DNA from: Lingula anatina
Lineage: Eukaryota > Animalia > Brachiopoda
NCBI GenBank assembly: GCA_051362555.1
Contig: CM120642.1
Coordinates: 18,600,001 to 18,664,000 of the forward strand
Reading direction: 5' to 3'
Length of the DNA stretch: 64,000 nucleotides
The notes below the pieces were generated by a model. That model made no database searches. It saw only the letters and a program-made list of their open reading frames with translations, and was not told the origin of the DNA. Position 1 is the stretch's first letter. Every line of letters starts with the position of its first letter. The position numbers were made by a program, and so were the translations under genes. This document shows, in pieces, positions 39,601-50,100 of this stretch.

Positions 39601-40476
39601 TACCAGTAACAACGCATGCCTCAGACGCAGGCGGCAGTCTTCCACGTAAGTCCATTTCTTCTTCAGAACCAAAAAATACATTATGGTCAACGAGTTGCCA
39701 ATATTTGAAGTAGTACGTGTAATTTCGATTAACTTCGGGTTTAGGGAACAAACGTAAAATGTAGCAAGTTCGTTTCATACCGCCGAGGTCTTTATCAAAA
39801 CGTCTTTTCAATTCTCACCCTTGCGTTTATTCATATAGTTATCCATTTCCATTTTAGAATTTTGGATCTCATTGGAAATGCTGACTTAGCTTCGCGCCAA
39901 CAGCTAGCAAACGTTACTCATAGCTTTTCTATCCCACATTCAAGAACTTTTGACGAATGTCACAGGTCTTCCAACTGCAGGGCATCGGGTTATAGACATT
40001 TTAAGCAAAAAAACAGACGATACTCAACAGCTGTTGGTAACGCAGACGATTTCAATTTGCTGCGACACACGTCTGCTGGGTTTATCAGCAGACTACCTAT
40101 GCAAGACACGCTCAACAACAGGTATATTCTCAGGAGACCGTCTTGGCTTACTGATGCCGACTGTATCTCATTATCAGATTTGCCTGTTAAAAACCTCAAT
40201 CGTATATCCTGTAGCTTTCGCCACCGCACAAAACCGAAAAAAGTGACGAAAGAATGTGGAACACAAGTCAGCAATTATCAGTTGGAAGTTTTCAACCCTG
40301 TTGACATCAAATATATCGATGAAAGCACCGATGACATAACAATTAATAAGGATGCAGTAAATTGGAAAAATAGAAACTCTCCCTCTGGGAAAAGGGCAAA
40401 GCGAAAAATGGAATTACAACAGAAATTACAAAGGATACGAAAAGAGTTGGAAGAATTAGAAACAACGGACATATAG
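20781..40476 (+). CDS. GABA-B-R3: Metabotropic GABA-B receptor family class C GPCR, invertebrate GABA-B-R3 type (GABBR2-like), 1133 aa, 15 coding exons
   Basis: Exons 20781-21353, 32338-32472, 32914-33084, 34710-34820, 35232-35489, 35777-36010, 36272-36425, 36575-36725, 37109-37241, 37487-37603, 37920-38042, 38355-38693, 39007-39162, 39518-39645, 39858-40476; all GT-AG and in phase (3402 nt). Signal peptide. Venus flytrap (LYIGGFF, DTKCDPG, PALSDRETFPTFYR, YDTVW) with no Cys-rich domain. 7TM (IKLSSPKLN, KTYRVH, YKGLL, LNDSRYIG, LFVPK). Coiled coil RAEVQNRTFKSELAELEREISRL resembles the insect R3 RVEVQNR motif. Confidence 0.92.
21556..21615. repeat. (CT)n(AT)n compound microsatellite
   Basis: Read directly. 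Confidence 0.9.
23743..23982. mobile_element. Harbinger-like palindromic MITE (diverged member of the TTCCCA..GATC family)
   Basis: GACTGAGTTCCCATCCCTAGATC ... TAGGGTCTGGGAATGGTCTC; internal similarity to 25838-26093; AAA on both flanks. Confidence 0.7.
24597..25301. mobile_element. Non-autonomous TIR element, about 90-bp imperfect TIRs, unclassified
   Basis: GCAGAGAAT..GTCTATATATCTAAAGACATA..GTGAATATCT..AATCTGTCGCCCTGGTAGAG is mirrored by CTCTACCAGGGCCACAGAT..AGATATTCAC..ATGTCTTAAGATATATAGAC..TTCTCTGC. Confidence 0.75.
25838..26093. mobile_element. Harbinger-like palindromic MITE
   Basis: GAGCCCGTTCCCA ... TGGGAATAGAGTC with whole-element dyad symmetry about GTAATTAAC; TTA TSD at 25835-25837 and 26094-26096. 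Confidence 0.88.
26258..26514. mobile_element. Harbinger-like MITE (ATTCAGAAC family)
   Basis: GAACGCATTCAGAAC..GCGGAC..GACTAAATATG mirrored by CATATTTAGTC..GTCCGC..GTTCTGAATGTCCTC; shares AAATATGGCCGAC with the 62461 copy. Confidence 0.75.
27113..27136. repeat. (GA)n microsatellite
   Basis: Read directly. Confidence 0.9.
27511..27748. mobile_element. hAT-like MITE with G/C tracts and 6-bp TSD
   Basis: CAGTGGCGGATTTAGG ... CCTGGATACGCCCCTG; CTTAAA flanks both ends (27505-27510, 27749-27754). Confidence 0.75.
29188..29254. repeat. (CT)n(GT)n compound microsatellite
   Basis: Read directly. Confidence 0.9.
30273..31016. mobile_element. TIR element with C-rich/G-rich repetitive arms
   Basis: GACACCCCCGCCCGGACAATTCCCCCC ... 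GGGGGGATTATCGGGGGGGGGGTGTC. Internal (AAT)n and a duplicated TATCTGGATGAGTGAGATTAT..CTACCTGGGG block (about 30790 and 30915). Confidence 0.6.
32822..32890. repeat. (ATTT)n low-complexity repeat
   Basis: Read directly. Confidence 0.85.
33921..33992 (+). other. Candidate duplicated or alternative exon 4 of the GABA-B-R3 gene
   Basis: TTTTTGTTATAG|GCTGTA acceptor in phase 0; encodes AVNNLRRYLERKSSQV, parallel to the main exon 4 AVHTLQSTIEAANIKV. Weak in-frame donors after 33965 or 33980; otherwise TAG at 33990-33992. Confidence 0.45.
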
Positions 40477-40745
40477 CCAATATACAAAAAATTCAGTTTT
40501 CACAATAGCGCATGTATATTGTGATGAACACCAAAATTAAATTGAAAGGAATTAAAACAGCTACTGAACGTACTGAAACCTATGAACATATCACACTATA
40601 TCATTAATACACATAAACAAAACTGCTCCGAAATCGACAACGGTGCTGCATAACAACCAACGTATGCAATGTTTAAAATTTTATTTTAACAGTGATCAGT
40701 TTAGGCGGTGATATAATATTGTACATTATATACATTGCAGAGTGC

Positions 40746-40778
40746 TTTATTATACATCAAATGCATTACGTTAATAAA
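40746..40778. terminator. Opposed polyadenylation signals of the two convergent GPCR genes
   Basis: AATAAA on + at 40773-40778; AATAAA on - at 40746-40751 (others on - at 40680-40685 and 41013-41018). Confidence 0.55.
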
Positions 40779-41177
40779 TTATACAATATTTGAAATCACA
40801 TGAGAACTTAACATAACATTTGGCACCTTTTGTGTCTTGGAAACTCTTCTACAATTAAGTCCCAAAAGAGCCCAAAATACCACATGGTCAAGTAGTGCTC
40901 CCAATGCAGACATGAGTGACTAGAACTTTATAAAACCATTAAATCGCGTGTAAAAAAACTATCGCATCACCTCTTTTTGATGTTACTGTTAACATTTTAC
41001 AAAATATTAAAATTTATTATTTAAAAATGAACTATGATGTGAAAGAATGCGCGGCGCATTAAATACATCCAGTGATGGTAAACTGACACTTGAGATTCCT
41101 TTATCGTAAGCTAGACTACTGCTACGTTCTCGATGATATCCGTAGTTTCAGTTGCTTAAATGTAAAAAAATCTATTT

Positions 41178-44100
41178 CTAAACGCTGCTCACTGCTACAT
41201 TTTTGTTGACCTCTTCCTCTGGCCACCCCTCCTCACCGTCCAGTCCGTTCTGCTCCTCTATCACAGTGCTGTATCTCTGACCAATAGTGGGACGATACCC
41301 CGGATACAGCTTGTCTTGATTGTGGACAAACGTGAACGCCGACTGTCGGGAATCCTGCAGGTGGTGATGGTTCAACTTGCCGTGCTTGTGATAAGGGAGT
41401 ATTACAGGCGCATAGCTGATACTCTCTAAGGGAGATGGGGGAGGGGCGGAGGGGAAATCCATGTGACTTCTCTGTACGGTAAATACCGAAAATGGAGATT
41501 GTTCTAAGTTTGAGTCATCTGAAGGGGAGTTAATTCGTAAGTCCTTGGGTGGTGTCTTCGTTAGACTTAATGTTTGAGCAACATCCCTAACAGGCGACTT
41601 CTTACCATTCAAAACAGCCCCGTTGCTGTGAATGTACTCATTGTTTTGTGAGGCAGCCTTTTGTGAAAGAGCTTCGGAAAGCTTTTTGCTTTCTTCTCGA
41701 GGTAGAGTTCCCAGATCACCCGGTTCTAAAGCAGGCCTACAAGCCTGTCTGTAAGAATCGTTCAATTTTCTCCGGTCTATCTTAAACCCGATCTCCGAGG
41801 CTTCTGTGTCCGTATAAACAACGTCGTTGTTATGGAACACCGGGTTCTCAAAGCCCACTTTTTTGGGTACATAAAGATTTATCTGCTGTCCATTAAAAAC
41901 GGGAGATTTTGAAACTCCGCGTTTCACTGGGGACGCCGCCCTTGCAATCCCGGGTACTACAGTATTTATCTGTTGCGGATTTTTCAAAGCCCGAGAATCA
42001 AGAGGCTGCGGTTGAATTTTAACTTTTTGTTTCACAGGGGGCGGCTGCATGCCAGGAATATGTCCGTTACGCACTGCGGTCGGCTTGTTACGCACCACAA
42101 GTCTTTCTCTATCGCTCGTCTGGAGTAATGAAGATTCTCGCGAAGAATCCCGCAAGTCCGGAGACGAGACCTGAATGTCGGATGGAATCCTGCCCTCTGA
42201 GAACGATTCTTCAGACGTTTCTAGGCTAGAACCTCGTTCGATGGCACTGTCGGTGTTCGGAGATTTAGAGGGCGATAGCGACCGCCTTTCTTTTGGTAAA
42301 AGTTTTCTGGTGCTATCTTCCAATAACCTCTCCCTTCCTTCGCTCACCATGCTCTCTGAACCAGGGGACAGATCAGAGGACAGTTCCGCCCTCGTTGTAT
42401 CGTTAAAACTTGTGTTAACTTTCATGGAGTCAATGACGCTTCGTCCACTTATATTGGGACTTGTCACATTTTGGGTGGTGTTTGAGACCTCCTGACCCCC
42501 ACTTGACCCCTCAGTGTCATATCCCTCACGTGGGGAGTTCGGCTGTGTTTCCGGTTCCTGTTCCTCCTTAACTGTCGTGATCACTGATATTCGACCATCT
42601 GCCATATCTCGTAAATCCTCGCGAGACATAATGATACTTTCCTGTGACTTCACTCGGTATATATCGTCCCGAGATTTGCCGAGGTACTCCTGAGACCTGG
42701 TCCTCAGACGGACGCGCCGAGACATCACCTGCTCTTCAGACGGGCGCTTTGGGTTCCGTAAGTAGTTCTGGAACTTCTCAGAACCGTAGAATAGACGATC
42801 TGTGAGCTCCCTGATAGATCTGTCCTTCTGTAAACCAAATTGGAAGCTATTGACTAGCAGTATTTGGGTTATGGCAATGTAAACAATTTCAAGATTATTG
42901 GCAGAATCAAAAGATAGTAAATAACAAAATTATTGTCAGTCGAGAATTTTTTCTACAATGGATAGTAATATATTTCGTTTTGCATGTTACTATGTTACAT
43001 GAACAAGTTTGGCATATGACATGTTTATCTTGGTGGAGTCACTGCTTCACATTTATTTCTTTTCTATGGCAACGAAGAGGACTATTTTACTTGCCTCTTT
43101 AAGCATTCGTTTCAGAGTATCAATTTCCGTGGCGACAACTTCTTTAACATATGGATTATCTTTGGATTTTTGACCACCGAAGCATCCACAGAAGCCATCC
43201 TTAGTTTTCTCTTTAGTTTTCTGTACAGATTCGCTGAAATTGAACTTCGGTTCTGCGCCTTTCTTTCTCTTCTTGTCGTGTTTTCTCACCAACAGCACCT
43301 AAACAACATTAATAGAAGCAAAGAGTAGAAACGCTTATATCTTTGCAGTATTACCATAAAATACGATTAATCGAGAAAGGTAAATTTCGTATTCACATTT
43401 ACAAAGAGATAATAATACTAATTTTTATTTAACTTATGTCAATGGTGGATAACAAAGTACATAGCACATGAAATATAATAATGTGTTAAAAGAATAAAAA
43501 CAGACGTTAAAAAAAATGAAATAGTGATATTTTTAGGGAATATAGAAGCGTGACAAACCTTTGGAATGAAGGCAATGGTGAGCGTGGCAGTTGTGAGCAC
43601 GATGAGGGCCGTGGCTCCAGTGGCGTACTTTATAGGCGCCGACATCTGTGTTGAGAGCATAATGGGAAGAATAAGAACGCCAACGGCAAAGGCGCTGTAA
43701 ATTATGACGTATAAATACTGGCTGTCTTTCAGTGAGGGCAATGTCACGTGACGCGTCTGCCATGCGCAGTAGAGTCCTCCAATCAATAGCAGCATCTTGT
43801 ATCCAAAGAGTAGAAGTATCCACATTGCGAAGTAATCTGACGTGCATTCATTGATTGAGTGCATGATGTCAGTGTTACTGAGATTCTGAAAGGTAAATGA
43901 CCACTTAGTAGAGGTTCACTGCTACTAAATCTGTTTTCATAGAAAAAATAAAACATATGCAGTTTTTGCTCACTTTTTATCTTGCCGAAACATAAACAAT
44001 AATTTAGAACTATATTAGCGGTATCTATTAAAAGCAGAGACGAACCAAATTTTCCAACAAGTTGCGGTTACTGTCTCACCTGATATACTTTGACCTGTGA

Positions 44101-47100
44101 CATCTGCTGACAGCTGATTGGGTCAACTAGTATCCATGGCAATAAGATGACCAGGTCGATGGCCAAAAGTGCGCCCAAGGCAAGCAAAAGGTGCTCATCC
44201 TTAGTCGTCTGAAATGACAATGATAATTTTGAACTCATTCTGTTGGTGTCTGCAAGTTTCAATCAACGTACTCGAGTCGGGTACAACTTTTTGAGATGAG
44301 ATTTAATGAACCGATAAACAAAAAAATTAATTCCTTTGAAAGTTAGTCTAAAATAAATGACTGAAAATAACAAAAGTATTTAATAGATTTGCTTTAAAAG
44401 AGGTACTGGAATTTGAAACTGCCAGGCATAAAAAATAATTGCCACTGCTGGGATAACAATGGGGATCATGTGAAAGATAAAAAAACGCAGAAGCTCTTAA
44501 AATGCACTTATCTGTTTATATATCTTTCTATACTTGAAGAGAGGCTGAAAATAAAATAAGGCATCTTCCAAGAAAAATAAAACTCACTTTTCCATTGACC
44601 TGCATGTTTTTGAAGATGAGATAGACCCTCCATGTTTTGGCAAAGATGGACCCGTACACAATGGTAAACGACAGCGCCGTCAACGTCACGGTTGCCTAAA
44701 ACAAACAATTTAAGAATGAAAATATTAAGTAAAATATATATTGGGAAAATAGGGATGTAAATGTGACAAAGTGACCATGGTAATTGGTTAATGCGTTTAC
44801 AAATAGATTAATAGTACACAGGTCACAGTTTTGCTCATAATATTTGCGTCCACTACAGTTTACTGGTATCTATGGAATATAAAAAACCTGAAGCTTTTTT
44901 CTTCAAGAGCTTACCTGATAAACCTGACCAAGGATGTCAAGAGCAAAGTAGCCATTGTCCAGTCCCCCAAGAATGGCACAGCTGTATGCAAACACGGCGC
45001 CTACACAGACTATAACGTTTATGTTCGGACTGGTCATCTTTATGATTCTGCAACACCAAGGAACAATTCAATCAAAGCGGAATTTACGTATTTATATTAT
45101 GTAAAACAGACAATAGTAAAAAGCAAAAACAAAACAATACAAAACATAGTAAAATGTTATCAAAATATCTTAGATCTTCTATGATAATTCTTCTACTACC
45201 CCAAACAGTAAACATAATATTTTTCCAATTACATATGCGATATGAATTAAGTGTCTCACCTGTCTTTATTTTTGTTGACGTTGTACATCAGTAGAGCAAA
45301 TGCATACGCCATTCCCAAAACTGCGAAGGCACTCATGATAACCAAAAGATAGAGGGGGACACCATCAAGTTTGGTTTCCAAGACAACCTCGTCCTGTCCT
45401 ATGACTTTAGAGATGTTAGTCGTAAGCACGACTTCCGCCTCATATTTACCGATAGATGTCAGCACCATATCTTAAATGAAAAGTAATAGGGGAATTTTAA
45501 TGCCGTACATTGAAGATTGAGTGTTAGATATTATATATATATATACAAGTTCCATCGACAAGACAATTTCATGATGCTAGAAAATAACCACGGGTCAAAT
45601 AGATGGTAATATTTTTGAGAGAACAATTTGATAATGCGAAAATGTCATATAGGTTCATAATATCTGTTCAAGATCATCAACAAGATTCTGAATGATGTTC
45701 ACAAGAAGAAGAGCTCATTTATTTCAGATATCTTTATGGTTATAGAATGCATGCTGTTTTGTCAAATAATTCAAAGGTGTTTTTCTTTTTCTAAAAAAAG
45801 GGGGGTTTCACAGATACAATTAGTTCCAAGATTTATAACATGCAATCACCTGCATCTGGCTTAACGCAACTCTGGTGGGAAATAAGGACAGTTCTGCATA
45901 CCAAAAACAGTTCTCTGTTCATCTATAATTAGTTTTGATTGTTGCACAACGGTTTAACCGATTCATTAAAATGTAAAAAGTAAGATAGCCTACCCTCAAA
46001 CCACGATATGCTGACGTTCACAGTTCGGAGTCCGGTTTTTGAAAACTTCAGGTATCCCTAAAATAGAAAATTCGTGTATCATAACTCTTGCTTAAAACTA
46101 AAGTTTTTGTGCATATATATTTCGCGTCAGAGCATACATGGATGTTTGAACTTTTGCTTTAACTTGACCTGTGCCTTTATTTTCACCATCTAATATTTCA
46201 GAAAACTATCCAACGAACGCACTTTTAAACCAGTCGATTATAATCTTTCCTTTCTTTGGCATTTTCCGTATCTTACTCCAATCAACACTGGAGCATTTAT
46301 GCACTTTTCCCCAAAATTATAATGAATTGAAATGAATGAATAAAAATGCCGAGAGAACTTACCGTTTTCCCGGACATACGTATGTTCCACATACTGGCGT
46401 CAAAGACCCTGGACACTTCCCGGAAGTCCTGGCTCCTGGACGTCTCCGCCAGGCTGGTATTGAGGGCTGTTATAACGGCCATGGTCGCATCATAAGCATA
46501 GGCGGCAGCACTGTACTGGTCTTCTGTCATCGTCTGACTGACTTCCAAACGTTGACGGAATGCCTGGTAACCCTGAGAATATGACATGTAGTCTTTTATT
46601 TTCTATTTTTGGATATTTTTAGACTGAATGTATAAAGACGAAATGAATATACAAATTAATCCATTGTAATAGTTCCCAATCCTTTCGCTCGATTTCTGTT
46701 ATTTTGTATTGAAAGCAAGATAACTGACAGTTCCAACTTTTTTTTTCGTTTTCTGGTATGATTTTATTTCCATTTACACTTAACGGTGCGTTGAATCGCT
46801 CCGATTTACTGAAATAAATTGACCAGTAACAAACAAAAGAAACTTTACAGACGGTGCCATACATCTTTAGAACTGCAGCGTTTTTATAGTTACACGTATA
46901 AACTTTTCGAACAGCTCACCGCAACAGTGTTTGGTACATATCACTACTTGGAAGGAAGGAGTAACGTATAATTCAAGTTTGACGTTCAATTTTCAACGCA
47001 AATATAGTTCCAAAAAGAGTCAAAACACCAAAACACTCACCACAACATCATAAAGGGACTTCTTGACGTCGACCAAGACCACTGAATTCATCCTGAAGTT

Positions 47101-50100
47101 GTCACACTCCAGAGTGGTCGGCAGGGAAAATAAGGTGTCGTCTGATGTAATGGGGACAATAAACCTGAACCGCCCGCTGTGTCGGCTGGTAGAAAACCCG
47201 GCAGAGCAAACGAACTTCTGTATGTTTTCCGCCGTTAGATAAATGATGACAATACGCAATTGACTCTCCTGTAAAAAAAAATGCACCCATGATTGTTATT
47301 GTCTTTCACCCGCCTGACTTGTACGCGGCAATTTTCATGGGACAATTATGATTTTTTGACAACTGTTCTCCATTTAAACAGCTTCTGTTTCTTTGTCTTG
47401 CATTGTCCATTATATAATAATATTTTTAGCCCCCTATTCTCTTTAAACTTTTGTCATCATACTGCATCTTTCAGAACCAATAGAAAAATTTTCCTTCCTA
47501 AGTGATTTATGTCATATTTTCACTGCACTTACTTCCAGTGTCGCCGCAGCATTGATTTTATTGAATTCCATTTCTAAGGAGACGTCTATGTTGCTGTTTC
47601 TGAGAGCATTTGCTAGTTGGCGGTATCCCTGTATAAATCAATGATGATTACCGTCTTAATACTACATAAAAGTACTTAAATACAATTTTTGTAACCAATG
47701 GTACTATATCCCACGTAATTGTTTTTCAACTGTTCATTTAGATCACGCCATTAAACATATTTCATGTAACACTACTTTTCAAGAATGTGGTAAAAATGAA
47801 AATGATGATCAGCGCCAAAAGTACTTTAATGCTGTTAAATTAAAATTTAAGTTTTTATATATTCATTTATTTTTATTATTTATTCATTATTATTATTTTA
47901 TTATTTTTTTTTTTTTAAACAGAAAACATACAATCAAATGCAGCCCTGTCGTCTGGTAAATGATGGCCACTTTCCTCCACGAGTATGTTTTCAAGAACCC
48001 AATCACGGCACCGTGAGAACTAAGGATTGTGGGATACGTCGTAAACACGTGTGGGGTTTCTTCCGTCAGAGGTTCTGCGGTTACCTGCAATGATAGAAGT
48101 TCTAAAATTGTTAACACACTTCGGTAATATGTATAACATGCTAAAAAGTGGAGCTTAAGTTTTTACTCCCTCGAGAGAGACATAAAATCAATAAATGTAT
48201 CTATATCTGTATCTAGCTGACTCGACACTTCTGTTTCTAGGCAGGGTTTCTGTGGAATTTTACAATAGCCGATTGGTTCTGGAACTTATATCATAATACA
48301 ACTTGAAACTTATAAGTCATAACACTTCGATTATCTTACGACTATAAATATAACAATATCAGTATTTCAAACCGCACAAAGATTTTTAAAATAGCATCCT
48401 ATTTTCTTTCAATTTTTCACCTGGGGCACTATTCCCCGCGTGGAGGTAGACATGGGGGTGGCGCGGTCATTTGAGCATCCTCCGCCCAGCAGTAAGACAT
48501 TGCCACTGCCACTGCTTAACTGATGAAGTAACAGACGTAGTTCTTCTGTGGCGTCGCACTGAAAAAATAGTGAAAGAAAGACTTATAATGAATAATACTA
48601 AACCAAAATATCTTATCGATGTCATCTTAGTTCCATGTTATAATTCATTATTTTAAAAAATGTATAATTGTATAATTTATTAAAAAAATTGGTAAATTAT
48701 AATGGCTTAGTGACCCACTTTTTTTAAAGATAAGTGAAAACGTTTTTCCATGCATATTTGATAAGAATCGTGAGTAATTAATTATTTTTAACCATGCTTC
48801 CATGCAGTGGATGTTTTTCAGACAACCACGACACACAATCGTACGTGTTGCAAGCAAGATAGCATATCAGCAAGAATACGTATGGATAAGGTTTCCCTTC
48901 CTGTTTGCTATATTTAAAGTTGTCGCAGCTGTGGTAAAATATTGAGTAATTGATGCGTTATTTGTGTTTAAAGGTGACTTTACTTTTTTCTGTATGAAAC
49001 GATTAAGGTACATGTAAAGCATGAACAAGCACATTCTGGTTTCTGCCACTTCCCTATAGCTAACGAAGCATTGGTTCCCATTAATAAATTTTACATCACC
49101 TCGTTTACTCGATTAATTGTCTACAAAAAGGTGTCACACACACACTCGCTCATATTTGGTGGAAATATTGACGCATTCGCAGTGTTACCTTCCAACTTTC
49201 CATTACATACAGCCCTGTACTCTCGATTGCTGTTTCAATAATAGTAGATTTGTACACAATTCAATTAACACAGTACTTATGGTGCTAAATTTAGCGTGCC
49301 ATACAGATGGATTATTGTCATGATCATCTCTATAAGTAAATACCACGTTTGTGATCCTCAAAGCTCTGCACCGAGTGGCCTGTTCGGAATCTGATTCATA
49401 ATTCTCAAACTATGCGACTGATAGTAGAAAGATTCCCCAGCGGCCTCGTGTTATGGCGTATGGCAGTCACCTTTGGCCGTTCTATTCTCAAGGATAGGTA
49501 CCATGGGCTATAGATTTAGCGATTATCATCTGGTCTCCGATTATCTCAAGTTGAAGAGGATGGAAAGAACCCATCATTCGCCTGATTTAGCGTCAATAGA
49601 TTTAATTAGGAAATGTGTTTCTTTTCCCGTCTGTATGATTTTCATTTGTGTATAGCCATGTTCGAAACGATGCCAATCTCGGTTTTAACCTTTATTTAAA
49701 AATACTAAGGGAATGAGGTAGGAAGCACAGGGAATGGGAAAATAATAAACGGCGACACTGAGAACCATGACGGGATAATATTTTTACTATAATTTTTAAG
49801 AAAAGGCATATATTGAAAAAAGTGGGCACGAGTCAAGAGTTTTTAAATAATTATATGAATATCAGCTTATTCTGCAAGTCAAGGTGCACCTATGCTGAAA
49901 ATGTTTAACACCCAGATTATGCAGAGACAATGACTTTTGGGAAAACTTTAAGATTGTTTTCCTTGTTTAACTATGACAAAGGTATAGCCAACGCTCAGTA
50001 CTCATACGATGTTTATCTCAAAATATGGTACACGAGAGATGACACTGTAATTATATTTTTAATATTTCTTCATAAAATACATATTCGTTCTAGCCATTCA

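Noticed and set aside
42175-42495. 106-aa + strand ORF
   Set aside because: Antisense shadow of the large terminal exon.
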